NCBI GenBank assembly: GCA_028684195.1
Contig: JAQUGH010000001.1
Location: forward strand, 19,771-83,770
DNA length: 64,000 bases
Direction: 5' to 3'
Source of the DNA: Clostridia bacterium
GTDB lineage: Bacteria > Bacillota > Peptococcia > DRI-13 > DTU073
Position numbers and translations under genes: made by a program. Every line of letters begins with the position of its first letter. The first letter of the stretch is position 1. The notes under the pieces were generated by a model. It was not told the DNA's origin. It ran no database searches and saw nothing but the letters and a program-made list of their open reading frames with translations. This document shows positions 47,863 through 60,486 of this stretch, one piece after another.

Positions 47863-49440
47863 ATGTCACTAGAAAGTTGTATCAACAACATTTTACAAAG
47901 GTCTGAGGTGAAATCTAATTTATCCATTCCTGCACTAATGGAAGCAGCCATACGCCGAGGGGAGGGTATTCTCACAAATAAAGGCTCACTACGCGTAACT
48001 ACAGGAAAATATACAGGTCGATCCCCCGATGACAAATTCTTTGTTCGGGACAAAATGAGTGAAAACGTCATAAATTGGTGCAACATAAACAGACCAATGT
48101 CCCCGCAAAATTATCAATTGCTATTTGAAGATATCACGAATTATTTAATGAATCAAGAGGTTTTTGTTTTTGATGGGTATGCAGGTGCAGATTCACATCA
48201 TCGTTTGAAACTTCGTATTATTAATGACCAAGCATGGCAAAATATGTTTTGTCATCAACTTTTTATTCGACCAACTGCTGAAGAACTTGTTGATTTTTTC
48301 CCAGACTACCATATCATCGCAGCACCAGGATTTAAGGCAAATCCGCAAAAACATGGTACTAACTCGGAGGCTGCTATAGTTGTCAACCTAACAGAAAAAA
48401 CTATTCTTATCGCAGGTGCATCTTATGCCGGAGAAATTAAAAAGTCCGTGTTCTCTCTTGTCAATTATGTACTACCTATTAAGAACGTTCTGTCAATGCA
48501 CTGTTCTGCTAACGTAGATTCCGCAGGTAATTCCGCACTGTTTTTTGGACTATCCGGAACTGGTAAGACTACACTTTCAGCCGATCCTAAAAGGCAACTA
48601 ATAGGCGATGATGAACATGGATGGTCTAATGCTGGTATATTTAACATCGAAGGGGGTTGTTATGCCAAGAGTATTGGTCTTAGCGCACTCGATGAACCTC
48701 AAATTTATGGGGCTATTCGCTTTGGTACAGTTCTTGAGAACGTTTCTATAAATAAGAATACTCGTGAAGTTGATTTTTCTAATGGAGATATTACTGAAAA
48801 CACCAGGGCAGCTTACCCTCTTAATTACATACCTAATGCTTTAATACCCAGCATAGCCGGTCACCCAAAAGTGATATTTTTCTTAACGGCTGACGCCTTT
48901 GGTGTACTTCCTCCTATTGCTTCACTTAACATAGAACAAGCAATGTATCATTTTCTTTCCGGATATACAAGTAAATTGGCAGGAACTGAGAGAGGAATAA
49001 AAGAACCACAGGCTACTTTTTCTGAATGCTTTGGTTCTCCATTTCTTCCTTTACCTCCAATCAAATATGCAAATTTATTAGGTGAAAAAATAAGTGAGTT
49101 TGGAACGCAAGTGTATTTGTTAAATACCGGTTGGACTGGAGGTTCTTACGGAGTTGGTCACAGATTTAAAATACCACATACTCGCACTATTCTCACGGCA
49201 GCCTTAGAAGGAACTTTGAAAAATATTCCAACTCATAAAGATCCTATATTTGGTTTTGAAGTTCCAGAATTTTGTCCCGGTGTACCAAAAGAAATCTTTA
49301 CTCCCCAAAAAACTTGGTTACATCCAGAAGATTATCCGGTTCAAGCATTAAAGTTAGCTACCCTATTTAGAAAGAACTTTACAAAATTCAAGGATATTCC
49401 TGAAGGAATTTCAAATGCTTCACCCATCATTAAACAATAG
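47863..49440 (+). CDS. pckA: Phosphoenolpyruvate carboxykinase (ATP)
   Basis: 525 aa. It has the kinase-1a motif GLSGTGKTTLS, plus GDDEHGW and NIEGGCYAK. Confidence 0.95.
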   Translation: MSLESCINNILQRSEVKSNLSIPALMEAAIRRGEGILTNKGSLRVTTGKYTGRSPDDKFFVRDKMSENVINWCNINRPMSPQNYQLLFEDITNYLMNQEVFVFDGYAGADSHHRLKLRIINDQAWQNMFCHQLFIRPTAEELVDFFPDYHIIAAPGFKANPQKHGTNSEAAIVVNLTEKTILIAGASYAGEIKKSVFSLVNYVLPIKNVLSMHCSANVDSAGNSALFFGLSGTGKTTLSADPKRQLIGDDEHGWSNAGIFNIEGGCYAKSIGLSALDEPQIYGAIRFGTVLENVSINKNTREVDFSNGDITENTRAAYPLNYIPNALIPSIAGHPKVIFFLTADAFGVLPPIASLNIEQAMYHFLSGYTSKLAGTERGIKEPQATFSECFGSPFLPLPPIKYANLLGEKISEFGTQVYLLNTGWTGGSYGVGHRFKIPHTRTILTAALEGTLKNIPTHKDPIFGFEVPEFCPGVPKEIFTPQKTWLHPEDYPVQALKLATLFRKNFTKFKDIPEGISNASPIIKQ

Positions 49441-49487
49441 TTAAACGATCGTTAAACAATTGTTAAACAGTGGTTAAACAATCGTTT
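49430..49487. repeat. Five tandem 11-bp units (TT)AAACAATNGTT-type; same motif as 20105-20148
   Basis: The units are AACAATAGTTA, AACGATCGTTA, AACAATTGTTA, AACAGTGGTTA and AACAATCGTTT. The array starts in the last codons of pckA and ends 3 bp before the -35 box of the tRNA promoter. Confidence 0.9.
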
Positions 49488-49489
49488 AC

Positions 49490-49518
49490 TTGACATTTAG
49501 TTTCACCCGTGTTAAGAT
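49490..49518 (+). promoter_or_regulatory. Sigma-A type promoter of tRNA-Leu
   Basis: TTGACA (49490-95), a 17-nt spacer, then TAAGAT (49513-18), about 30 nt upstream of the tRNA. Confidence 0.55.
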
Positions 49519-49548
49519 TTTTATTGCTTAGTGATTGATATTCCTAAT

Positions 49549-49633
49549 GCGGAAGTGCTGGAATTGGCAGACAGGCACGTTTGAGGGGCGTGTGGCGTAA
49601 GTCGTGCGGGTTCAAGTCCCGCCTTCCGCACCA
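49549..49633 (+). tRNA. tRNA-Leu, anticodon GAG, with encoded CCA
   Basis: Folded by hand. The acceptor stem pairs GCGGAAG with CTTCCGC. The anticodon stem pairs CACGT with GCGTG around the loop TTGAGGG. A long variable arm marks it as class II. The T-arm is GCGGGTTCAAGTCCCGC and the 3' end is CCA. Confidence 0.9.
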
Positions 49634-49674
49634 TGAAAAAAATTCCACTTGAAAATCAGTGGCTTTTTACTTAT

Positions 49675-49734
49675 AAAAAAGCAAAGAATTGAAAGATGCC
49701 ATATAATATAGCCTCTTTCAATTCTTCTTTTTTT
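49675..49734. terminator. Bidirectional intrinsic terminator
   Basis: A 12-bp stem AAGAAUUGAAAG...CUUUCAAUUCUU is flanked by an A-run and a U-run. It serves the tRNA on the plus strand and the small ORF on the minus strand. Confidence 0.8.
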
Positions 49735-49813
49735 ATGATATTTATACAAACTAAATTTTAAGCAACTAGGAAACAAATGATTCTTATCACAATTTTTTTC
49801 GGTATGATTGTAA

Positions 49814-49921
49814 TTATTTGGGTTTGTTCGCTGTCTCTGTTGACAAAGGTACTGAAGAAACAACTTTTTTTTCAGCTTTCTTCTTCTTTTTTTCCCTGTT
49901 TTTAGGACTTTTATCACCCAT
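49814..49921 (-). CDS. Unannotated small basic protein, 35 aa (MGDKSPKNREKKKKKAEKKVVSSVPLSTETANKPK)
   Basis: Own translation: ATG at 49921, 7 nt after GGAGG, and TAA at 49816-49814, followed by the strong terminator. It is too short for the ORF track. The 101-aa track ORF 49612-49917 is a different frame of the same lysine-codon-rich stretch. Confidence 0.5.
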   Translation of the reverse strand: MGDKSPKNREKKKKKAEKKVVSSVPLSTETANKPK

Positions 49922-50676
49922 CGTAACTACCTCCAATCGATCAAATATTCTCTACTTGTTAAGTATACTCCCTTACTAAGATTTCCGCCATCATCCATAT
50001 AAGCTAAAAAAGTTTGTTAACAGCTTAACAAGCACCCTAATGTTTCTTACACAACCCAATCTCATTTTTACTCGCTAAAGAAACATATTCCAACCATATA
50101 CAACCAAGTATACAAAAACATTTCACCTATTACTCAAATCTCAGAAGTATCATAGCTCCTTTTTACAATATAGCATACCAACAGTTGCCATACAAGCCGT
50201 ATGCACAAAATTTCATTATCTGGAAATTACTGTCTGAAATAATTTTCTGTTTATTATTTTCTTTATAATTATCATTTTGACTATTGAAATTATTTTTATT
50301 ATAACATAACCCCTCTTGAATACGTTATAATGTAATAGGTTTTATGTTTGATTTATCCAAATAGCTAACTGTCGCTATCTTTTCACACAGTAAGCATCAT
50401 TCCTTTGGCTACGTTTAAAACACAAACTAACACTAACGAACAATTTCGTAAGTATTACTAACGTATAATGGTTTAACTAACCTTTTGTGGTAGATAAAAC
50501 CCCACTGGATGACGAATTACTCTAATATTTTACTTGTTCGTTCGTTAGTTAATCCACAACGATGTTAGTTCAACGTGTTTTGGACAACAAATATTTTATT
50601 TTAACTAGTATTATAGTATACTGGTAGGTGCGGTTCAAACATGTAGATATACATCTATCTATATGTATTTAATTAA

Positions 50677-54213
<3,537 letters not shown>

Positions 54214-54225
54214 TCTGCTATTTTT

Positions 54226-54268
54226 AAAAGAGGGCTTTGCTGTTTATAAACAGCAAAGCCCTCTTTCT
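54226..54268. terminator. Bidirectional intrinsic terminator between nifJ and the fumarase genes
   Basis: A long perfect hairpin, AAGAGGGCUUUGCUGUUU-loop-AAACAGCAAAGCCCUCUU, flanked by A/U runs. Confidence 0.85.
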
Positions 54269-54300
54269 TGGAAATACAGCTAATCTAAGTTACATTAGTT

Positions 54301-54861
54301 TTATACCTTCTCTTTATATCTTTCCACGCCTACTTTATATAAATCATTCCCTTCACTATCAATAGCTACAATACAAGGGAAATCTTTTACTTCCAAACGA
54401 TATATCGCTTCCGGACCCAAATCGGGATAAGCCACAACCTCCGCCCGTTTTACAGAATCAGCAATTATTGCAGCAGTTCCACCAATTGCAGCAAAATATA
54501 CAGACTTATTCTTTTTTATTGAATCAATTACTTCCTGAGAACGAGCTCCCTTGCCTATCATTCCCTTCATACCCATATCTAACAATCGTGGAGTATATAG
54601 ATCCATCCTTCCACTTGTCGTTGGACCACAAGGTCCTATAACCTTACCTGGTTTAGCAGGACAAGGTCCTACATAATAGATTATCTGTCCCTTTAAATCA
54701 ATAGGAAGAGACTTTCCTTCATCTAATGCTTGTACAAATCTTTTATGAGCTGCATCCCGTCCCGTATAGATAACTCCTGTTATTTCAACCTTATCTCCGA
54801 TCTTAAGCTTTGAAAATATTTCTTGCATATAAGCTGTTGATACTTTTTTTATTTCACCCAT
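54301..54861 (-). CDS. Class I (Fe-S) fumarate hydratase, beta subunit (C-terminal domain type)
   Basis: 186 aa. It has GVIYTGRDAAHKR, GPCPAKPG and GPTTSGRMD. Confidence 0.85.
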   Translation of the reverse strand: MGEIKKVSTAYMQEIFSKLKIGDKVEITGVIYTGRDAAHKRFVQALDEGKSLPIDLKGQIIYYVGPCPAKPGKVIGPCGPTTSGRMDLYTPRLLDMGMKGMIGKGARSQEVIDSIKKNKSVYFAAIGGTAAIIADSVKRAEVVAYPDLGPEAIYRLEVKDFPCIVAIDSEGNDLYKVGVERYKEKV

Positions 54862-54893
54862 ATTTATCGCTCCTAAAAAACTAAAGTTAAACT

Positions 54894-55745
54894 TTATCCA
54901 AACAAAATAATTTCAGCATGTCGTGAAGCATGACAATTCAAATTTACTGCTACAGGAAGAGTTGCCATGTGCGTAGGGCAAGCTTCTATATGAACTGCTA
55001 ATGCAGTTACCTTTCCTCCCAGTCCTTGAGGACCTATCCCTAAATGATTAATTTCTTCCAATAAATCACACTCTAATTTTTCATAATTAGAATCCTTATG
55101 ATGTTGTCCAGCCTTTCTTGTCAGTGCTTTTTTAGCCAAGATAGCAGCTTTTTCCATTGTTCCTCCTATACCTACTCCAACAATTATTGGAGGGCAAGGA
55201 TTTCCACCTGCTTCCATTACTGTTTTTACAACGAATTTTTTAACTCCTTCTAGTCCTTCGGCAGGTTTCAACATCTTTAGAGCACCCATATTTTCACTTC
55301 CTGCTCCCTTTGGCACTACCATTATCTTTAACCGTTCCCCTTGAACAACATCTATATGAATTACAGCAGGTGTATTGTCTCCAGTGTTTTTTCTCTTAAA
55401 CACTGGATCATCAACCACTGATTTACGAAGATACCCATCCTGATATCCCCTACGAACGCCCTCGTTAATTGCATCTTGAAAGCTTCCCCCAACTATATGA
55501 ACATCCTGTCCCAATTCCACAAAAATTACTGCCACTCCTGTGTCCTGACACATGGCTATTGATTCTGTACGAGATAACTCTACATTATCAAGTATTTGTT
55601 GAATTATATACTGTCCAAACTCTGATTCTTCCTTTTGTAACCCTTTTTTAAGCAGTCCTTCCACATCTTCACCCAAATAACACGCCGCTTGCATACATAA
55701 ATTTTTAACAGCTTCCTCAACTTTGGTTACATGTATCTCTTTCAT
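54894..55745 (-). CDS. Class I (Fe-S) fumarate hydratase, alpha subunit (N-terminal domain type)
   Basis: 283 aa. It has CQDTG and the Cys ligand pattern, plus GVGIGGT. Confidence 0.85.
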   Translation of the reverse strand: MKEIHVTKVEEAVKNLCMQAACYLGEDVEGLLKKGLQKEESEFGQYIIQQILDNVELSRTESIAMCQDTGVAVIFVELGQDVHIVGGSFQDAINEGVRRGYQDGYLRKSVVDDPVFKRKNTGDNTPAVIHIDVVQGERLKIMVVPKGAGSENMGALKMLKPAEGLEGVKKFVVKTVMEAGGNPCPPIIVGVGIGGTMEKAAILAKKALTRKAGQHHKDSNYEKLECDLLEEINHLGIGPQGLGGKVTALAVHIEACPTHMATLPVAVNLNCHASRHAEIILFG

Positions 55746-55782
55746 CTCTTATTCTCCCTTTAAATAAAACAGTTGATTTTAA

Positions 55783-56703
55783 TCACTTCAAAAAGCCTTT
55801 CAAAATAGTCTCTTCGGCTTCTTTTTCAGAAAGTCCTAATGTCATTAACTTTACTATTTGTTCTCCAGCAATTTTACCTATAGCAGCTTCATGAATAAGC
55901 TGTGCATCCGCATGATAAGCAGTAATTTCAGGAATTGCTCTTACCATAGCATTGTCCATTATTATGGCATCACACTGTACGTGCCCACGGCATTTCGTTA
56001 ATCCTGATAACCTGGGATAAAATATTTGTTTTGACTTTCCTCGAGCAATAGACCGAGATATAATTTGAATTGACGCATCTTCACCCTTTAATTCCATATC
56101 CATTTCAGACTCCGCTGACTGTTGATCATGCGTCAATATTTTTTCAGTTATTTTAAGGTAGGCATTCTTACCCACCTGTGCCTTAGTATATCTTTTGGTA
56201 GAGTCAACTCCCCTAATCTGTACCATTTCTAACTCTACACGAGCCCCTTCTTGCAATTCCAACAAAGTTTGGGGATTTAATATTCTTTCCCCTGTACCTT
56301 CTCCTTCACCGTAATGTTTTTCAACATAACGCACTCTTGCCCCTTTACCTACAATAAAATCATGTATTCCATCATGTTGCGATTTTTTATTTCCATCATT
56401 ATGAATACCACACCCGGCAACTATTAATACATCAGAATTTTCCCCAATATAGAATGTATTATAAACCATATCCTCCAAACCTTCAGCGGTTATTATAACA
56501 GGAATATGCACGCTTTCTCCCCGTGTCCCAGGTTTAACTATAATATCAATACCAGGTTTGTCCAATTTTTGCTTAATCTCGATATTCGCTGTAGACCGTC
56601 TCCCAATTCCTACACCATTTTTCCTAATGTTATATGCTCCTTGGGGAATACCATGTAAATCAGCCACTTGTGCAATTAAATTATCATCCAATAAATTATT
56701 CAT
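55783..56703 (-). CDS. Short SufB/SufD-family Fe-S cluster assembly protein (minimal SUF / SmsB-like)
   Basis: 306 aa. A beta-helix-type SufBD core is suggested by ...GARVELEMVQIRG...HEAAIGKIAGEQIVKLMTLGLSEKEAEETILKGFL. It overlaps the SufC-like gene by 8 bp. Confidence 0.7.
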   Translation of the reverse strand: MNNLLDDNLIAQVADLHGIPQGAYNIRKNGVGIGRRSTANIEIKQKLDKPGIDIIVKPGTRGESVHIPVIITAEGLEDMVYNTFYIGENSDVLIVAGCGIHNDGNKKSQHDGIHDFIVGKGARVRYVEKHYGEGEGTGERILNPQTLLELQEGARVELEMVQIRGVDSTKRYTKAQVGKNAYLKITEKILTHDQQSAESEMDMELKGEDASIQIISRSIARGKSKQIFYPRLSGLTKCRGHVQCDAIIMDNAMVRAIPEITAYHADAQLIHEAAIGKIAGEQIVKLMTLGLSEKEAEETILKGFLK

Positions 56704-57439
56704 TTTTCTCTACCCTTCCCAGACAATCTTTTTTGAAATTATTTTTGCCTTTCATGATTTTACCGAGAAGCACTATTTTTTCTCCTTTTTCTTTTATTAC
56801 TCCTTCTTGCATAAGTATTATCTCATCTGCAAGTTTAAGTATTCTCTCTTGATGGGAAATTACTACTGTGGTTACATCTCTTCCTTTATGAATTTTTTCA
56901 AAGATATCCGTAAGCTTACTAAAACTCCACATATCTATTCCTGCCTCCGGCTCGTCAAAGACAGTGATTTTACAATTTCTGCTTAGTAAAGTAGCTATTT
57001 CAATTCGTTTAAGTTCCCCTCCAGAAAGACTGCTATTTACTTCCCTATTTGCATAATCCTTAGGACATAATCCGACATCGAAAAGATAATTGCACCCTGA
57101 TCCCACACACTTTTTACTCCTTGCCAAACTAAGAAGCTCTCCTACTGTAATACCTTTGAAACGGGGTGGTTGTTGAAAAGCATAACCGATCCCTAACTTA
57201 GCTCTCTCCGAAATGCTCAAATTAGTAATATCATCACCATTTAAAATAATTTTTCCTGAAGTTGGTTTGTAAATCCCCATAATTATTTTAGCTAAGGTTG
57301 ATTTTCCTCCTCCATTTGGTCCGGTAATTACATAAAAACGGTCATCCTCCAAAGTACAACTAACATCCTTAAGTATTGCTACTGATTCAGTCGTTTCTTC
57401 AGGCGAATACCATATGTTCTTTAACTCTAGCAACACCAT
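56696..57439 (-). CDS. sufC: SufC-like ABC ATPase (minimal SUF / SmsC-like)
   Basis: 247 aa. Walker A is GPNGGGKST, the signature is LSGGELKR, and Walker B is TVFDEPEAGID. Confidence 0.8.
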   Translation of the reverse strand: MVLLELKNIWYSPEETTESVAILKDVSCTLEDDRFYVITGPNGGGKSTLAKIIMGIYKPTSGKIILNGDDITNLSISERAKLGIGYAFQQPPRFKGITVGELLSLARSKKCVGSGCNYLFDVGLCPKDYANREVNSSLSGGELKRIEIATLLSRNCKITVFDEPEAGIDMWSFSKLTDIFEKIHKGRDVTTVVISHQERILKLADEIILMQEGVIKEKGEKIVLLGKIMKGKNNFKKDCLGRVEKNE

Positions 57440-57541
57440 TTCCTCCTTTAATTTTCATCTAGTTGTTCACCTTTTTTTAACTTATTTAAAACTTTCTATA
57501 ATTTTTTCAACAAATATTTGCCATTTTATCTATTTTGTTTT

Positions 57542-57566
57542 ATTATATCTTATATAAAGATATAAT
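57542..57566. promoter_or_regulatory. Perfect 10-5-10 inverted repeat, candidate ArsR-type operator overlapping a TATAAT box
   Basis: ATTATATCTT-ATATA-AAGATATAAT lies in the divergent sufC / arsR-like intergenic region, 25 bp upstream of the regulator start. Confidence 0.55.
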
Positions 57567-57590
57567 AAAACTGTGGGAGATGAATCAAAT

Positions 57591-57902
57591 ATGAGTCTAT
57601 GTATGGCTGGAAAACAAAAAAGATTATTAGAAAACAAAGCTGAAATCCTCAAAGCAATGGCACACCCCGTTCGCCTTTGTATTGTGAGAAATCTGATTGA
57701 AATAGGTGGATGTAATGTTTCTAGTATGCAAAGTTGTCTTCTGCAACCACAATCGACAATCTCACAACATTTAAGCAAATTAAAAGCTGCTGGAATTATT
57801 TCGGGGAAAAGAAAAGGAACAGAAATAACCTATACCGTGATTAATGATGAAGCAAAAAACTTGGCTAATTTATTAATACCAGATGCTTCCGCTGCTGTTT
57901 AA
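57591..57902 (+). CDS. ArsR/SmtB-family transcriptional regulator
   Basis: The wHTH signature is EILKAMAHPVRLCIVRNL...QSTISQHLSKLKAAGII. The start is at ATG 57591, after GGGAGA. Confidence 0.85.
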   Translation: MSLCMAGKQKRLLENKAEILKAMAHPVRLCIVRNLIEIGGCNVSSMQSCLLQPQSTISQHLSKLKAAGIISGKRKGTEITYTVINDEAKNLANLLIPDASAAV

Positions 57903-58261
57903 ACTAACCCTTATTTATCTAATCAACCTATATTATATCATGTATTGTATAAGTAATGATACTTAGTTTTTTGTAAGTAAATAAACTTTTTTTGTTTTAA
58001 ATGTTTGCAATATATGCGCATTACCCAATCTTGTAGTTTGAACACTAATTATCTATTTACTATCATTACTGATGGTTTATTATAATAACTAATCCTTGCT
58101 AATATTTTGAAATAGATTGATTAATTGTCAGTAGGAAATAAAAAGTCAAGCGATCTCGCTTGGCTTTTTATAGGATAACCAACTTCATTACAACTTTAAC
58201 TTTTTTTACAAAAATTACACAACACTTACTTTTAAAATAATTTTCCTTATATTAATACTCG

Positions 58262-58765
58262 TTAATCTACTGATGGAACTACTCTACGCCCAATTTCATT
58301 TAGTTCGTTGACAAAACCGGTTATGGGCTTTCCGTTTGCAATATCATTAGCAATATTTTTTAAACGAGAAAAGGTATCCGCATCGGCTGTCACATACACC
58401 GTATCTACTTTAGCATCCTCCATCTTCACAAGCTTAGTAATTTCATTCTTTGTTTTGTCTGTAAGTTTATCCTCAACATTTGCAGCCATATCTACACCAA
58501 CCCAAGCCTTATTTCCTGAAAATACAACTGTAGCCGAATTAATACCCTCCATATTACTGATCTTTCTAGCTGTTTTTTCCGCCATCGCATCATCTTTAAC
58601 CGGAGCATTGGGTGTCGGAGCTGTTGGTGAAGGTGTCGGTACATTGGGAGCTGGTTGCACAGGTTCCGGTCTCCTAGCAGGACTACATGCCACTACACTT
58701 AATGCACTTACCAATACAATCACAGCAAACACAACAAATATAATCTTCTTTTTATTATTCATCAA
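58262..58765 (-). CDS. YhcN/YlaJ-family sporulation lipoprotein
   Basis: 167 aa. The lipobox is SVVACS, followed by a Pro-rich linker and then GINSATVVFSGNKAWVGVDM...VDTVYVTADADTFSRL, typical of the family. Confidence 0.75.
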   Translation of the reverse strand: MMNNKKKIIFVVFAVIVLVSALSVVACSPARRPEPVQPAPNVPTPSPTAPTPNAPVKDDAMAEKTARKISNMEGINSATVVFSGNKAWVGVDMAANVEDKLTDKTKNEITKLVKMEDAKVDTVYVTADADTFSRLKNIANDIANGKPITGFVNELNEIGRRVVPSVD

Positions 58766-58903
58766 TGAACCCCCTATAATAAATTATAATACTACACAAC
58801 TAGTATTATCAAAAAAACAAAATTTATGTAGTTAGTTCATGTTACAATAATAAAAATAAATCTCAGCTTTTATAAAAAGACTATCTCACAGTATTTTTGT
58901 CAA

Positions 58904-59578
58904 TTATACAATTAATCGTTTGTAAATACTAAATATCTCTTCATGAATTTCATCAACTGTTCTTATGTTATTCCCACTCACACAATTCACCTTAACCCAA
59001 TTATACTTATCTGCTATTCGACACGCATTTATATACGATTCGATCAAATATTTCTTGCTTTTTTCATGAATATCTTTTTTTTGTTTCCCAGTAAATTTGT
59101 TTTTTCTATCACTAATTAATTTTGTACTATATTCAGGAGGCATATTAAGAAAAAATACTACATCGGGAATTGGTAAAGCAAAAAGGTTAAATTCAAAATC
59201 CCATAACCAATCAAGATACTTATTTTTCTCATCTGCATCCACATATTTTGCTGCTTGATGAACCATATTTGAAGTTGTATACCTATCTGCTAAAATAATT
59301 CCCCCCTCTTCATAGAAACTCTGCCATTCCTTTTTATAAGTCGCAAAGCGATCAACTGCATAAAAAGCAGATGCCGCATAAGGATTTATCTCATCAGGAT
59401 TTGTTCCAAATTCGCCATTTAAATACATTTTAACCAAAGCCGAAGAATCACTGCTATAATTGGGAAATTCTACTTTTTTTACGTTATGACCCTCTTCTAA
59501 CATTCTATAATAAAGCTTATCCGTTTGTGTTTTTTTTCCGCTTCCATCCGGAGCTTCAATTACAATCAATTTCCCCAA
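58904..59578 (-). CDS. Thymidylate kinase-family (dTMP/dNMP kinase-like) protein
   Basis: The P-loop is IEAPDGSGKKTQ, with a DRY-like DRYTTSN. The start was taken as TTG 59578, 8 nt after GGGGAG. The track ORF starts at GTG 59587. Confidence 0.7.
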   Translation of the reverse strand: MGKLIVIEAPDGSGKKTQTDKLYYRMLEEGHNVKKVEFPNYSSDSSALVKMYLNGEFGTNPDEINPYAASAFYAVDRFATYKKEWQSFYEEGGIILADRYTTSNMVHQAAKYVDADEKNKYLDWLWDFEFNLFALPIPDVVFFLNMPPEYSTKLISDRKNKFTGKQKKDIHEKSKKYLIESYINACRIADKYNWVKVNCVSGNNIRTVDEIHEEIFSIYKRLIV

Positions 59579-59686
59579 AATAGTCACTCCCCTATTTGCT
59601 CTTTATCTTTATCTTTATCTTTAATATACTTTTATTATTCTCCATGAAACTTCTCTAACCTTTTTAATAACTCATTAATATACACA

Positions 59687-59725
59687 CAAAAAATATGCAG
59701 TGTGTACAAACACTGCATATTTTTT
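59687..59725. terminator. Bidirectional intrinsic terminator
   Basis: AUAUGCAGUGU-loop-ACACUGCAUAU flanked by an A-run and a U-run. Confidence 0.8.
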
Positions 59726-59796
59726 GTACTATAAAGTAAGCAATAATTATATTATAAGATTAGGATTGAAGCTACTTATTAACTAATAATGCCTTA

Positions 59797-60372
59797 CTAT
59801 TCCCTTTCTGGTTCTATCCGCTTCTTCTCATGTACATCTCGTTGTTTATTCCTATCACACCTTGGTATTAAATAGCAGCTTTTGCATATTTCCGTGAGTG
59901 CTTCTATATTTGCTTTATCAAAAAGAGTTGGCCTTTTTTTATCCTTTAATTCCTGTAACCTATCCAATATATTTTCTTCTCCATATTTATCTACTATTTT
60001 TTGCTGGCTATCCGTATCTAATACTTCATTATTAGCTTTACAACGTTCAATCAATAGTTTTCTTTCATTTTTACGCCACTTAACAATCGGTTCCAACTTA
60101 GCCTTTATTCCTATCCCAAATCTATCATCAATTTTTAATATTTGTTCTGCTAACTTTGTTTCTTTTGCAAATATTTTTTCACACCCTCTATGAATTTCTT
60201 CTTGCATTAAATTTTTGTATACCATTTTTCTTATCGCTAGCATTGCCGCAAAATTAACATTTGTTAAATTACTTTTTTTTGAAACTATTTGACTATTTTC
60301 TTGTACCTTTGGTTTTCCCCGTCCACTTAAAGGCATTTTTACTCTATTTCCTTTGCAAATTTCCGTACTCAC
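59797..60372 (-). CDS. Hypothetical charged (K/E-rich) protein, paralog of 60487-61152
   Basis: It shares the blocks NVNF..ML, DKYGEENIL.R..ELK.KKR, LTEIC.SC and a C-terminal IEPER with the neighbouring gene. The start was set at GTG 60372, homologous to the neighbour's RBS-start region. Confidence 0.55.
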   Translation of the reverse strand: MSTEICKGNRVKMPLSGRGKPKVQENSQIVSKKSNLTNVNFAAMLAIRKMVYKNLMQEEIHRGCEKIFAKETKLAEQILKIDDRFGIGIKAKLEPIVKWRKNERKLLIERCKANNEVLDTDSQQKIVDKYGEENILDRLQELKDKKRPTLFDKANIEALTEICKSCYLIPRCDRNKQRDVHEKKRIEPERE

Positions 60373-60486
60373 TTTATTTTTATCCCCCCATTCATTACCA
60401 TATTTTTTTATATTATTGTTTGCTTCTTTCACTGATATATCTTATATTTATATTTTTACTTTAAATATCTATACTTAAATAACACA

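Noticed and set aside
49612-49917. 101-aa minus-strand ORF from the track
   Set aside because: It runs through a strong bidirectional terminator and overlaps the 3' end of tRNA-Leu, and it has no RBS. The 35-aa frame at 49814-49921, which has proper signals, explains the coding-like lysine-codon stretch better.
56558-56986. 142-aa plus-strand ORF across the sufC/sufB-like junction
   Set aside because: It is antisense to two well-supported, translationally coupled genes, and its F/I/Y-rich low-complexity translation is typical of AT-rich antisense frames.
58308-58835. 175-aa plus-strand ORF
   Set aside because: It is antisense to the YhcN/YlaJ lipoprotein gene, which has a clear lipobox and family motifs. 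The antisense product is a low-complexity A/G/T/L string generated by the Pro/Ala-rich linker of the real gene.
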